From Hyaloraphidium curvatum SAG 235-1 (taxonomy: Eukaryota; Fungi; Monoblepharomycota): DNA of 64,000 nt. The notes under the pieces are model-generated. The model saw only the letters and a program-made list of their open reading frames with translations, did no database searches and was not told the DNA's origin. How positions within the stretch are numbered: position 1 is the first letter of the stretch; the number at the start of each line of letters is the position of its first letter. Below are positions 1-14,802 of the stretch, in pieces. The DNA is taken from assembly GCA_025558095.1 (NCBI GenBank), contig JAIVFI010000021.1, forward strand, positions 62,001 through 126,000, written 5' to 3'. Position numbers and translations under genes: made by a program.

Positions 1-345
1 GCCCGAGATGTGCGTGCTGCCCACCTTCGACGGTCGAAGGGAGGCCGGATGGCACCGGATGTGCGTCCCGCTGCTCTCGCAGCTCGTAATCATGCGAAGG
101 GGAGGGGAGGCGGCCGCCTTCCAATAGTCTTTGGCTCCAAGCTCCACCACCGCTCAATCAGCTATAGCTTCTGTCTTCATACTCAGGCGTGTACATAATG
201 GCCGGGCTACTACACTACTCTGCATAGATGTCTTGGAGCTGAAGCGAACCCGGCGCTCCTTCGGAAAGCGACTGCACTCCCGCCGTCTTGCGCAAAATGC
301 CCCTCGGCATGTTCATGCAGTGCGGTCCTGGATCACCAGCAGCGG

Positions 346-877
346 TCACCAGCGCCCGAGGAACCACGCCACGTGCACCGCGGCCATCACGGCATGCACG
401 CCAGCGTCGAACGCCGTCGACCAGAAGTGCCAGCGGTGCCTCGCCATGCCCAGTTTCCTCAGCCGCATCTTGTTGTCCGCGATCGCGCTCCACTCGACGA
501 TTTCCTTGACGTGCTTGGCCCGTACTCCCCAGTAAACCACGTACCAGGTGTGCTGGATGAGCTGCAGGCCCGAGAGGAACAGCAGGAACCTCGCCGGGCG
601 GCTCCCCGCGGCGCGGAACGGGAACCCTAGAGCCAGGGCCGAGAGGAAGACGGTCATGGCGTCCCAGATGAAGTACATGACGCGGCCGAATAACTGCTTC
701 TGCGTGTACGGTGTGCCCAGTCCGAAAAGCACCTGGATGCCGGGGGTCGGCGGGGGAGGACCAGGGTCTGCATGGCGGGCCCACCTTCGAGTGCAGGGCC
801 GCGTGCAGGGCTTCGGTGGCCAGGAGCACCCCGTGGATGGTGGTGGGCGAGAGGAGAAAGCCGGTGGTGCCCGGCAT
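346..877 (-). CDS. Small multi-pass membrane protein of unknown function (paralog A), 2 exons
   Basis: ATG at 877 gives MPGTTGFLLSPTTIHGVLLATEALHAALHSK; GT-AG intron 784-733; exon 2 VLFGLGTPYTQ...YFIWDAMTVFL...AFDAGVHAVMAAVHVAWFLGRW*. Clear paralog immediately upstream. Confidence 0.75.
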
Positions 878-1030
878 CTTGGATTCGAGGGCCTGGTTTG
901 GTGGTTGACCAGGGTTGACGGGACGAAGAAACGCCGCCTAGCTTTGTCTCCCATCTGATCCGAACCAAACTCTACTACTCTACATCTGGGAGAGGCGAAA
1001 CGGCCCAAGATTCTACGGCCGCCGATCCAT

Positions 1031-1623
1031 TCACCACCACCCCGCCAACCACGCCGCATGCGCCCCCGCCATCGCCGCATGCACCCCCGCATCGTACGCC
1101 GTCCCGGCCCACTTGACCGCGTGCTTGAACCCCCCGAACCTCTCCCTCCTTTCTTTCCCGGATCCCATCGCGCTCCACTCCAGGATCGCCTCGACGTGCG
1201 CGGCACCCGAGTGCCAGGAGAGGACGTAGCGGAGGTGCTGCGCGATCTGTGCGGCGGCGAGGAGGGAGAGCAGGCCGTGGGCCGCAAAAGGGGAGCGGGG
1301 CAGGGCGGGGAAGAAGAGGGAGAGGGACAGGGCGGAGAGGAGGACGGTGAGGGCGTCCCAGATGAAGCTGGGTGGCGCGGAGGGACGCCCGTCAAAAACC
1401 GTGACGTGGCTCGCAGGCGCGGGGAACGGGCACCCACTATGCCAAGCGGGAGCGGAGTTGTTGCTCTGTCATGGGTTTGCCGATGGCGAAGAGGACCTGC
1501 GGTCGGGCACCGGCTTCGCATGACGTCCCCGAGTGGCGCGCAGACCTTCGCGTGGGTCGCGACGTGGAACAGCTCCATGCCCAGGAGCACGAGATGTCGG
1601 GTGTCCGGGCCGATGTACGACAT
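1031..1623 (-). CDS. Small multi-pass membrane protein of unknown function (paralog B), 3 exons
   Basis: ATG at 1623 gives MSYIGPDTRHLVLLGMELFHVATHAK; introns 1545-1497 and 1437-1368; then YFIWDALTVLL...TAYDAGVHAAMAGAHAAWLAGWW*. Collinear with paralog A. Confidence 0.75.
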
Positions 1624-1785
1624 GGTGGAGCCAAATTCGGTGGAGGTTGCTGCGGGAGGGGTTGACGTGGCCTTTTGTTGTTCTGACCCACTGGCCACGT
1701 CACTTGCCGAGCGCCATCGTGCGAACCTCGTTCATAAGCTTAGCATCACAAACCTCAACAGCCGCATGGGAGCCACCCCAATGCT

Positions 1786-2958
1786 CTAAGTCCCGGCCAA
1801 CCCCTTCATCGCCCTGCGGCACTCCTCCGCCCCCAGCTTCCCCCCCGCGAGGTCCACCATCCTCCCCACCTTCTCCCCGCACCCCAGCGCCTCGTCCAGC
1901 CCCACCACCACCGCCTCCACCTCTGCCCCCGCGAGGTCGACCACCGACCCCCGCGGGCCGTACCGCTCCCCCGCGGCGACGCTCGACGCGACCTCGCGGA
2001 AGTGGTCCGCCCGCGTGCCCTGTTCGGGGAGGAAGACGAGCAGGGTGCGCGGGAAGAGGCGGATCCAGGCGTCGAGGAGGGACAGGGAGCGGGGGAAGTC
2101 CTTGAGGCCCCCGGCGAAGAGGTCCGGGCAGAACCCCGAGGTGACGCCCGGGGCGTGCTCGAGGAAGGCGACGGCGAGAGCGCGGAGGAGGTCCTGGGAG
2201 GTCTTGGAGGATGCAGCGAGGGTGCGCAGCGCGGGGGCGTCGAAGCGGTTGAAGCTCGCGAGGTCGTGCGGTGGGATGCTATTGTAGGGCACGTCGATGG
2301 TCGGGACGGCGAGGAGCGCCTCGAGGTGCTTCTGGAGGCGGGCGGAGTCCGAGACCAGTTCCATGAGCGCGTTGCCGTTACCGCCGCGGACATTGTAGCA
2401 GGCAAGGGAGTTGAGGAGGCGCACCGCAGCGGCGCAGCCCACGGGAGATTGGGATACGACCAGGACGGTATCGAACTTTCCCCGGGCGGGCTTGGTGAAG
2501 CAGTCGCCGGAAGGGGGCCCGTTCTCGGAGAGGGAACGGATCATCGGCGCGTAGAATGCCGACAGGGCTGTGCCGGATCCCTCCTTGCCGACGAGCGCGA
2601 GGTCCGTTGCAGACAGTTTGGCGCCGCCGCCTTTGGAAACGTCCATGACGCGTCGGCGCGGCCCGCCGCGGTCCCGGCCGGTCCCGGCCACGTCCACTTC
2701 GCGGAACTCCCACGCGTCGTCCTCCGGAGGCACCGGTTTGGGCTTTTCGCCGGTTTCCCGCGCGTTGTACGCGTACAGGGCCAGCGTCACGACGGCGGCA
2801 AACAGGACGAGCCGCTGGAAGAAGAGCGGGAACGCGGCTCTGCAGCGCCGCCGGAAAATGGCGGCGCGCGATGCCTCGAAGTCGGGCCGCTGCGGCAGCC
2901 GCGGGTTGGCGAAGGGAAGCGCCGGTCGAGCGGGCGGAAAGATGAGGCCGCGAGCCAT
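1786..2958 (-). CDS. Type II membrane protein with a degenerate sulfotransferase-like domain
   Basis: Intronless ORF from ATG 2958; single TM (LVLFAAVVTLALYAY); TVLVVSQSPVGCAAAVRLLNSLACYNVRGGN resembles the sulfotransferase N-terminal motif (xIVTYGRSGSTLLxxxLNSxPGxxIRGEN); also LFPRTLLVFL. Confidence 0.45.
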   Translation of the reverse strand: MARGLIFPPARPALPFANPRLPQRPDFEASRAAIFRRRCRAAFPLFFQRLVLFAAVVTLALYAYNARETGEKPKPVPPEDDAWEFREVDVAGTGRDRGGPRRRVMDVSKGGGAKLSATDLALVGKEGSGTALSAFYAPMIRSLSENGPPSGDCFTKPARGKFDTVLVVSQSPVGCAAAVRLLNSLACYNVRGGNGNALMELVSDSARLQKHLEALLAVPTIDVPYNSIPPHDLASFNRFDAPALRTLAASSKTSQDLLRALAVAFLEHAPGVTSGFCPDLFAGGLKDFPRSLSLLDAWIRLFPRTLLVFLPEQGTRADHFREVASSVAAGERYGPRGSVVDLAGAEVEAVVVGLDEALGCGEKVGRMVDLAGGKLGAEECRRAMKGLAGT

Positions 2959-3532
2959 GGCATCAGGCGATCGCGCGCGGCGGAGCGGGGCGAGGATGAC
3001 CGCCGGTCGCGTCCCGGTCCCGAGTCGCGTTCGCAGAGGCGAAGGACGGAACGCGCCGAGGGCGCGGTGAGGCGGGACTGAAGTCACGCCGTTCGCAGCG
3101 CGAAGCGAGAAAGCGTGTCGGAAACCTCATCTTTGTACGTTCATCCGCATTCGTAGGCTAGCTCTTTCCCGCATTCTGAGTTCCATCCTCTTGCGTATAG
3201 ACAGCCAGGCTCTGGTGCTGATAGTCTCCTCAGCTCCACAGCTTCCCTACTGGTGTGGCAGCGAACCCCGATGGCACTGATCTGGGACTGTGACATCGAT
3301 AGAGCACAATGTCTGGTTGCAACAGACGAGTGAGTCGTGGGCGACACCGGATCAGTCCCCGGAGTGGACCGGAGACGCGGTGGGGCCTCACCAGCCCTGC
3401 CGTGACGCCCAAAGCTCGGACCATCGGACCACTCCATCTCGAGGCCGCAGCGCACCGCGCTCGAGTCCTGCTGCCCACCACTCGCAGCCAATCGTCTCCC
3501 CTGCCCGTCGCCTGCCTTCATTTCCCGCCGCC

Positions 3533-5103
<1,571 letters not shown>

Positions 5104-5337
5104 TCTGCTGAAGATCCACTCCCCGACTCCGGCGAGAACCGCCGGCGAGGTTGCTGTTAGAGCACTTGGAAATGCTGCCATATGATCAGGGTGAAACAGA
5201 GTTGCTTCGAATCCGTGTGATGTGAGCTTCGGCGACGCCCGCGCGGTTGCCGTGCGGGTTGACTTGCCCCGTCCCACTTTGAACAGTACCCCGTTCTCCG
5301 TTCTGCACCCGGCCTCTGTGTCCTTCTTGGTTCTCCA

Positions 5338-5994
5338 ATGGCGTCTTCAGACCGCGCCCTCGAGTTCGAGCTGAAGCTCAAATCGACGGAGCTCGCGCAG
5401 GACGTGGAAATCGACCGCATCCTGACGGCCTTCGACCGCGACCCGTTCGCGCTCCTGGAGCTCGACGCCTTCTCGCGTCCCGCCTCGGACGCCAAACTGG
5501 CCGCGGGCGAGCGCTTCCCGGCGCCGTCGGACGTGAAGAAGGCCTTCCGGACAAAGTCGCTGCTGCTGCACCCGGACAAGTGCCAGCACCCCCGCGCGCC
5601 CGACGCGTTTGACCTCCTGAAAAAGGCCGAGGCGGTGCTGTCGGACGAGAACAAGAGGAAGGAGATGTTCGGGATGCTGGACGAGGCGCGGGGACAGGTT
5701 GTCGCGGAGAAGGGGGCGGCGATACAGCTGCAGGGCCGGGAGAAGGAGCTGGCGGGGCTGATGAGGATGCGGTTCCGGCGGCTGCTGGAGGACACGGACA
5801 ACCGGGCAAAGATTCTGAGGAGCAACGAGGTGGACCGGAAGGCAAAGGAACAGGAGGAGCGGGAGGCTGAACGGAAGAAGAAGGCGGAGCACGACAAGCA
5901 ATGGGAGCTCACGAGGGACGACAGGGTCAACTCCTGGAGGAAGTTCGTCCAGAAGGGGAGCGGGAAGAAGAAGCCCAAGCCGGGGCCTTATTAG
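5338..5994 (+). CDS. J-domain co-chaperone, DNAJC8/Spf31-like
   Basis: KSLLLHPDKCQHP (HPD motif); C-terminal WELTRDDRVNSWRKF typical of DNAJC8/Spf31. Confidence 0.88.
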   Translation: MASSDRALEFELKLKSTELAQDVEIDRILTAFDRDPFALLELDAFSRPASDAKLAAGERFPAPSDVKKAFRTKSLLLHPDKCQHPRAPDAFDLLKKAEAVLSDENKRKEMFGMLDEARGQVVAEKGAAIQLQGREKELAGLMRMRFRRLLEDTDNRAKILRSNEVDRKAKEQEEREAERKKKAEHDKQWELTRDDRVNSWRKFVQKGSGKKKPKPGPY

Positions 5995-6417
5995 CGCCTC
6001 TACGTTCCTTCTGTGGCCGATAGGAGGCAGCGAGTGTGCCAGTCGGGCCTAGCTCGGACCTCACCGGTGCGCTGCCTGACGGATCGAGCGGAGTTTGGCC
6101 TCCACCTAACGACAGAAGGGAACGTGGCCTGCTGGAGAGCTTTGGCCCCTCGATCGCAGTTCGCTTTAGCTTGTGACGCATCCTTGACTCTTGGCTAAGA
6201 TTGAAACAGGATGATGAGGCTGGGTCGTGTACAGTGATCTGCAGGTAGCGAACGTGTTCTTCTTCGGCCATTACTGCTCCCTTTACTCTCGTTCTTCGGC
6301 GACTGACCGTAGTCCTCGTTGGGGGCGCTCGTTTAGTCCGCTTGCCCGCCCCGCCGCTCTGATCAGGGACTCCACTGGACTCCACCGTCCCCGCCTTCCC
6401 GGCGCGACTCTAGAGCG

Positions 6418-9400
6418 ATGGACTCCAAGAACGCGGATCCGAAAGCGGTCAATGCGGATCCCGTTTCCGAACCGGAGCCGGCGCCGCCGGAAGCCGCGCC
6501 GGGCCCGCCTGCTGTCGAAGGCCCGGACGCGGCTCCGGCTCCTTCGGCAACGAGCGTTCCGGCGCCGAACTCCTTGAAGGACGATACGGACGATGACGAT
6601 GAGGACTTCTGGACGAAGGACGACGGCGGCTTCGTGGACCGAGTGAAGGAGGACATGATTCAATCGCGCGCCGCGGACACGACCAACTTGAGCCGCGAAA
6701 AGTCCAAGTACCGGCAGCTCAATCGGATGATGGAACAGGACCATGTGGTAGTGGACATGCAGGGCGCGTCGTCGGAGCCCCCGAAGAGCCCCATGTCGCC
6801 CCCCGGGAGCGTCGTCTCGCCGGCTTCCGCGGCCCCGTCGCGGCCCGGGACCTTGAGCCGCTCCAAGACTGTGCTCCTTACGGCTTCCTTGCAGCCGAAT
6901 GTTTCTTCTTCGGACTCGGCGACGGTGATGCGCCGCGGCAGCAAGGGCACCCTGGTGACCTCCGGAACCGGTTCGACCGTGGCCCCGAAGACGCCCGGCG
7001 GCCGGCGCTCGTCGAAACCGCCTCCCCTATCGGAGGCACGGACAAAGCCCAATGTTGGCGAAGTAAAGGACTCGTTCCAGTGGCTGGACGAGGACCTGGA
7101 AGAGAAGGATCCGCTGGATTGGGACCGGAAAGACACGCGCTGCACGCGTCTCCTGGTCAAATGGAGGGCTCTGCCTCCTCTCGTGCAGTATCTGATCGAG
7201 AACGTCGTCGGCATGACTGTCTTGCTCATACCTGGTATCATCGACATCGCCTTCTTTGTTGAAAGTGGGACCCGATCGAAGCGCTACAGCAACCGTGCTC
7301 AATTGCTTCCTCCCGCCCTTCCCTAATCCCCACCCTAACCACTTGTCTCGTTCGCTCCGCATCGCGGTGGTAGATCCCGCGGCTTATTGGGCAAACTTCG
7401 TGCCCAAGACGGACGGCAACGGCAATCCAATAATGACCCTGGGGGGCTACGTGGTGTTCATATGGTTCGTTTTCGTCGTCGACAGGGCGCACCCAGCTGC
7501 TAACACCCCGCTCAAGGTCGCTGTGGGCCGCCATCACCTTCTTCGTCACCACCACCCTTCTCTACCTCGTCCCGTACTTCCCCTACGTCATCCTCCGATC
7601 CACTTACCTGGTGCTCGGAGCCGTTCCTGATGATCTTCCCACAACTGTCGTCCAATTCTCTCGCGTTCTCAACAAGTACATCGTCTGGTTTTTCGCGTCC
7701 TTCATCAGCTCCTTGACTTTTGCTGCCATGATGCCGAGCCCACAAGGCATTGGTGTCGATGTGTCGTCTCTTTTAGTACGGACGGTTGGAGTGTCGATCC
7801 TGTGGTTCGGCGTCAAGCTTTACTTGGCCTTCTTCGGGGTACGTTCAAGCAGTCGTTTGAGGCACCTCCGTCGGCAGTTCTAACGCAGGTGGCCAAACAG
7901 CGGAACTTCCAGAGGCGGATCTTCCAAGCACGGGTGGAGGCCAACCGTTTCCAGATCTACGTCTTGGAGCGTCTATACGCCGGCATCACGCAGCACCTGG
8001 ACCGAGTTCCCGACCCTGCAGCGCCAGCGACGCCAGAGTTGGACACGATGAAGCGGGAGAATGGCGGGGATTCGAGTCAGTTTATCGGCTACGCGTACTA
8101 CAAGGCTCGACCTGAGGCGCAAAGGCTCGCTGAGGACGACACCGGCCCGGCAGCTGAAATTGGAAACGGGGGCCCGAATGTTCCCGCGTCCGCAGCGCCT
8201 GCGCCGTCCCAGCAATCGATACCAGCGGCGGAGGGCGCGCGAGATCTCGCGTCTAGCCCGGATCCGGGAGCTCCCGCGGACCTTCCCGCGCCTCTGCCGC
8301 CCAAGCCTCAGCTTCTTTCAACGAGCAAGAAAGAGGATGGTAACGAAACAATGGCACCCATCGTCAAGTCCATGCGGGAGGCGCTGCAGGTCGTCCTCGT
8401 GGGTGGAGAGCAGGTTACAGAAGTGGCTGCAGAGATGCAGGGCATCCCCTTGTCGAGCTTGAAGGAGGCCAAGATGCTCGCTAGGGATCTTTACGTCGGT
8501 CTCTTGGACGTGAGGGTGCACCAGGAAGAGCTCTATCAGAAGGCCGTCGCTGAAGGGAAAGCGTCGGGGCCGCCGCCCGTCGCCCTGGCCAGGGGAATCA
8601 TCGGCATCGAACAGTTCAAGCCTTTCTTCTCGAGCCCTGTGCTGGCGCAAAAGGCTTTCGAGATCTTCGATACGAATCTCAACGGACAGATCTCGCGCCA
8701 GGAGATGAAGGAGTGCGTCATCGACACCTACAACACCCGCGTGACGCTCTCCAAATCGATGAAGGACAGCCTTGCCGCGATCGGCAAGTTAGATGGCTTG
8801 GTTGGCTCGATCGCATGGGTGATTACCATCCTCATCTACGCGGGACTGTTCATCGACATCTCGGAGTACATCGCGGCCTTCGCCGCTTTCTGGGCTGGTT
8901 TCGCTTTCGCGTTTCAGAACACCATCAAGAACATTGTGGAGAGCATCATTTTCCTTTTCATGGTTCGCAGCTGAAGCTCATTGAGCCTGCAGTGCTTGAC
9001 GTGCGCTTTGTTTCAGACCCATCCTTTCGACGTCGGTGACCGGGTAATGATCGACAACGAATCCTACTTCGTGAAGGAGCTTGGTCTCATGAGCACTATC
9101 TTCACGCACGTTGACGGCCGTGGTGAGTTGTGCCACATGAGAATCAATGGCCAGCGATCTGACCTCTTGCGTCTTCAGAGATGTACGCCTCGAATCCGCA
9201 GCTCGCTCAAAAGGCCATCTACAACGTCTTCCGCTCCGGAGGTCAAACGGAGATCATCGATTTGCGCGTGGCTCTCAAGACAAGCACGGATCAACTGAAG
9301 CTGCTGGGGCAAAAGCTGAACGAGGGCATCCGAGAGAAGTTCATGAAAGATTTCCATCCCGACATCGAAATTTACATTATCCAAGTCGACTGGGACGCGG

Positions 9401-9797
9401 AAACGTGGGTCGAGCTCATCTAGCTGGGAGGAGAATCGCGGTTCCTGACGCGCCGTTCAGAATGACGATCGAGCTCTGGCTCAATCACAGGCAGAACTTC
9501 CAAAACGGTCGGCAGCGGTGGATACGCTCGACCAATTTCGCGAAGCTGCTCCGACATTGCGTTGCGGAAGTTGGCCTGGAGGGCGGCAAGATGGAAGTTA
9601 TCAATTTGGTCGGTGTGAGCGATTGGTTCGCAGCACTCATGAAGGGGACTGGGAGCAATCAAAGTCCCAAGGGCGGACGAGGACGAATGATCCCGGAAGA
9701 GTTCCACGACGTGGATGCGCCTCTGATCACGGTTGATGAGGACGATTTCGAAGACGATGAAGAAGAGCAAAACAGAAGGGTTATGCTTGGCGATTGA
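6418..9797 (+). CDS. MscS-like mechanosensitive ion channel with EF-hand (Msy1/Msy2 type), multi-exon
   Basis: Disordered N-terminus, several TM segments, EF-hand FEIFDTNLNGQISRQEM, AFAFQNTIKNIVESIIFLF and HPFDVGDRVMID MscS core. Confidence 0.9.
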
Positions 9798-9824
9798 GTC
9801 GTTCATTATCTACATTGCTGGATA

Positions 9825-12800
9825 TCACAGGCTGTATCTCCTGGACCTCGAAAAGCTGTCCGAACTGCCCATCCGTGCTTCGCCGTCTTCGTCGCCCTCA
9901 CCCCGGTCGGCCGTCGGCGTCGCACTCCGACCTGCTTCTGACGTGCCCGTGCCCTCCATCGCCACGGGGACCGTGCTACCTCGAGAAAGCTTTGCTGCGC
10001 TGGACCTCGTGCCGCTGGGGGTTGCGACGACGCTCCCTGACGAAGTCGGCGGCACTCCGTGGCTCGCTCTGCGGTGCCTCGGGTACGGCCGCCCATCCAC
10101 GATGCCAAAAGAGGCCAGTGTCCCGTCCTCCCGCCACTTCTTGATTATGGAGCGGCCGAAGTCGTAGCCCAGGGCCACAATGTCCTCGCCCTTGCCGAAC
10201 TCCAAGATGCCATACTTGGCGGTCGGCGGGTGCAAGTAGAAGACCCCGTCCATGCGCTTCACTTCCTCCAGCTGCTGCACCTGCGACACGTACGCAACCC
10301 GAGACTGCAATTCGGTCATGGACGGGATTCGCTGGTATCGCTTGTCCTTGAACGGGTTCCATCTGTCCCAAAGATAGGTCCTGGTTGGCCGGGAAAGATG
10401 GTCAGCGAAGTGCAATGGGACCGTCGTCGTCGCAATGGGGCCTACCAGCCGCTGATGTGATCGCCAAAGCTGACGGGAGAAGTGTCGTCGACGCCACCAA
10501 CATCCACCGCAATGATCTTGGCGGCTCCGAGGCTCCTGGCCACATCAGCGGGCAAGTTATTGATGTAGCCGCCGTCCACGAGCATGTCTCCGTTCGAATT
10601 CATGGGCGGCACCAGGCCCATCAAGCTCATCGAGGCCCGTACGGACCGCCAAAGATAGCCGGAACGCTCAATGTCGAGCCGCGACCAGGTGACGTTCACG
10701 GCCGTGCAGAAGAAGGGAATCCAGGTGTCCTCAATGTGCGAATCGGAGAATGTCTTCCATACCGTACGGTTGAACCTGAAATGAGGCGTCGAGTCAAATC
10801 CATCCTTTCGTAGCCTCCAGAGGAACCCACTCGTGACCGGTGAAGTACGCCACGCCCGGGTACGTGACGTCCATCAGGTAGCTGACCGTCGACGACATGC
10901 GGCTCGCAAACGACTTGGATCGCGCAATCACGGCCACCGAGTTCCCTTCTCGCGCCAGGATGCCGCCAATGAAGGCACCCTGTGAGGTCCCACCGATCAT
11001 ATCGAACTCGATACCTGCCTCCTCCAGAGCCTTGATCATGCCGACGTGCGCGAGACCACGTGCACCGCCGCCTCCGAGCACGAGACCGATGGTCTTGGCG
11101 AGCATTCTCCGCGCTAGTCGCCGGAAATCGGCCGTGATCTGGTTCGCCTGAACGTCCGTCTGCGCCGCAGCTGCAAGCAGACTAGGTTCCAGATGGTCGA
11201 AAGACTTGAGCCGAGCAAAAGTCGGACGGGCTGGCACGGTCCGGATCGGGTTGACGATCGACGAAGGCCTGAGGAGGCGCGTTACGCCGTCGAAGATGGT
11301 CGATCCATGGGCGTTCCGCGAGAACGAGTTACGGTGAGGGACGTGCATTTGCACCTGAGCAAAGACAGTCAGCATGAGCATTAGGCCCCGCGGGGTGTCG
11401 TGACTCACATGATGATGGGCGTTCACCCAGTTGCGTGTTCGAAGCCATTTTGCGGTGCTACCTTGGATGACATGCCTCTCGTTGTGCAGCAGCACCAGGT
11501 CCTTCCGCGCAGTCGTGAGCTTGAGAAGCTCCTCGAAATCTCCCTCCGGCCGCGGTCGGTCTTCAAGCCCTGCTGGTTCTTCGTCCCCGAGTCCGACAAC
11601 CAAGACCGCGTCGGCCTGTCGAATGCACCGCTGGGTCCATGGCGCTCTCGGCTGCCCGTCTGCGACGTAGAGCACGAGCCGCGACGTCTCCTCCTGCTCA
11701 GCAAGCCAGTTCATGAGCTTGAGCTTGCCGAGCCGCGTAAAGGCGTGCTTGCCGAGCACCGACAGAACTGCTGCGGTGTTGAGAACGGCTGCAGAGGCCC
11801 CTTCGATCTGCAGGGCGTCGCGGAGTCTTTCCGCAAACTCTTGCACGGGCACGAGGCTTGGCAGACCGTGAGAGATGTGGGCACTGTTCTCCGTCACGGA
11901 TGCCCTTACCTGTTGACGGGAATGATTGCCACCGTCTTGAGGTTCGCTCCGCCAAGCATTCCTCGGTCCGGTACCGACCGGAGAGACGGGTCCGTCTCCG
12001 CTCCCTGATCACCGGCCTTCGTAGCACCGCCGGCGATGACGCGCCCCAGCTGGACCATGATCTCGGGGTTGTTTCTCGCGAGCGCCGAAAACAGCGTCGC
12101 CGGCACGGCCGCGACTTCCGAATCTCGGATCGCGTGAACGGTGGCCGGGAACGGACGATCCATGACGACCTCGACTTCACCAATAGACTCTCCCGGCGCG
12201 TGCTCTCCGAGGATCTCGAACGACACTTTGCGTTCACTTGGATGATCGACCTGAGCTTTTCGGCGCCGCCGCGGAAGAAAAGACGAGCCCAGGTTCGCAA
12301 ACACGAGCTTCGAGAGGCCACCAAATCCAAAGGCATTCGCGTCTTCGTCCCCGATCCCGCCGTCCGAATCGAGGAGCGTCGCCCATTCAGTCCCGCTGGA
12401 GCGACTGCGTTCCTGGGCTTCTGACCCCGGTTCCTGCTCCCGAATGCTCCGCAGACGACCTTGAAGCACGACAAACACCCTTCCCGGGAGATCGCCCTGC
12501 CGAACCACAACCTGCGAGGCCCTGGGTTGCAGCCACTCCATCGCGAGATCCACATGGAGGCTAAGGGGTGGCAATCGCGAAAGCAGACGCCCCGAAAGCC
12601 AGGCCAAGACCCGCGGATGCGACGAAAGCAGCTTCTGGCAAGCAGAAAGAGGGAAACGCGCGACGATGGAGGGTACGGCGGCGCGGGCGGTTGCAAATGA
12701 CGGGTAGCCTGTCATTGCCGGCACGTAGCCCAGGACAGCACCTGCAGCCGCCGTGCCCAGAACGTCTCGCTTCTCGTCCGCCGGATCCACTTCGTCCCTC

Positions 12801-14802
12801 GCGAGCGGCTTGTCCAGGAAGCTGATGTGCCGTTCGCCCTGGTTGGTTTTCGCGTACTGCCGCAGGGGATCCCATACAGCCGCTTCCTCTGGGCGTCCGT
12901 AGCTTCCATGAGGCTCACGTCCAGTGGACGTAACGGTGAAAGCGCCGTCCACGACAAAGTACAACCCGGCCGGCTGCCTGCCTTGTTTCAAGAGCACCGC
13001 AGAGGGCGAAAAGGACAGCAGTTGGATTCCCTCCGGCGGCGCCGAAGGCGGGGAACCAAGCACGGTCAGCAGCGCGTCCCATGCGGCGTGCCTGACACGG
13101 TTCAAATCGTCAGCCGCCACCGCCGCCGCCTGTGGCGACACGGGCGAAGGATCGTCACCGTCCTCGCCGTCGGCAGAGACATCGAAGAGGGCACGTTTGC
13201 CAGGAGAAGGAGGGGTAGGAACTTTGCCCAGTGAGACAAGGAGCGAGCATGAAGCGTTTGCAGTGTTCTTGGAGTGACAGGCCCGTAATCTGTCGACGAG
13301 GGTGTAAGGCAGGGACAGGGGACCAAAAGACGGAGTGTGGTTCAGCGCTCTGGAAGGCGAAAGCCGTGTCAAAAGAAATGGCGTGGCACAGGCGATAGAA
13401 CTCACCGCACGACGCCCCAAGCGCCTTCCTCGAGCCCCAGATAGCCTCTCATGACCCTGCCAGCGGACCGCGAGAACCGCGCCAGAATGACATGCACGAG
13501 CGATTGCTTGGCTTCGGGGCTCATCCGCAAAAATGCCGAAGCTGGAAGCACGGCCAATGCGGCCGGTGTTTTGGCGACGGCGGAAAGATTCGGGAGCAGG
13601 CGCTTGATAGCGACCGCCGGCGGTGGCGTTGCTGCTGACGGCGGGGATGGCGGATGCGATGGCGTGGGGAACCTCCCTGGAGCTTGCGGAGGGGAACGTC
13701 CGTCTGGCTGATCTCCTTCGGGAACGTGCCCGTTTGCTCTGGGCACTGGATCCGGTGAAGCAAGGGGAATCTGGGTTTCGAAGTCTTCAACACCGAGACC
13801 GGCGAGCGGCTCCTCCGCTTCGGAAGCAAAGACGGCGAGGATCCCTAGCAAGCTGGTGACGGTGCCTCCGCGTCGAACCAGCTTGAGAAGCGTGCGCCTC
13901 TCGCGGCCCGTTCGAGGAGCTTCCTCGGGTCCCGCTAGAGCATCGGGGAACGGATCAGCAGCCCCAAGCGCCGATTCCGTTGTTCGGCTCTTTCGAAGTG
14001 TCCCGAAACCAGGATTCGGCGTTGCCCACCCGGTGCTCGCAGGATCGACGTTCTCCGTCGGGTCCGACAAGAAGAGCTCCACCTCGCCGTTGATGACGAC
14101 AATGAGGTCGCCTTCCGCCCCGTCGCGTCCCTCAGGGATGATGGTCTCGCCGGCTTCAACAGTTCGCGTGGAGAAGGACTTCAGCAGCTCAAAGAAGACG
14201 CGCGGATCCAAGTACTTGAAGACCTTTATGCCGGATAGCAAATCCGCGAGGGCGCGCAGCTGGTGCTCCGGGTCGTCCTCCAAATCCGAGTCTTCGGCTT
14301 CGGCTGGAGCCGCCTCCGGTTTGGAACCGGGTGCGAGCTTGTCCGGCTGGAACTTCAGGACCTTCGGGTCGGTGGGCGGAAGCCTCGAGTACCTTCCGCC
14401 CCAAACATATCGCCAGGTGTAGAAGATTGCCGTTGCGAGCGACGCGTAGGTCGCCCAACGTACCAGCCACGCCAGGTCGAAAGAGAGGGAGAGGGAGATA
14501 TGGCGGGGCGAAACGAGGCCGAGAAGAGGCATGAGCGCATGAGACAGGAGGCTAGCAAGGGGTGACAAGAGCGTTCCGAGGAAAAGGATGAGGGAGAACG
14601 CCAGCCGCAACAGTAGCGCAGCGAACCGCACGAGTTGGGCGGGCAAAGTCACCGCCGCAAAGTAGACTGCAGACAGCAGGATTGAAGGCGCAGCATCGGG
14701 AGGAACTGGCGGGTCCATCCCCGGATTTGCGCCGAAACCGTGGGCAATGAGCGGGGTCGAAGCCCCCGCTGCGGCCCCAGCGGCGGCAGTCGCGGCAGCC
14801 AT
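9825..14802 (-). CDS. NTE1: Lysophospholipase Nte1 / neuropathy target esterase (cNMP-binding domains + patatin), multi-exon
   Basis: N-terminal TM; cNMP-like repeats (GESIGEVEV...ATVHAIRDSE); patatin motifs LGGGGARG, GTSQG and LVDGGY. Confidence 0.93.
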
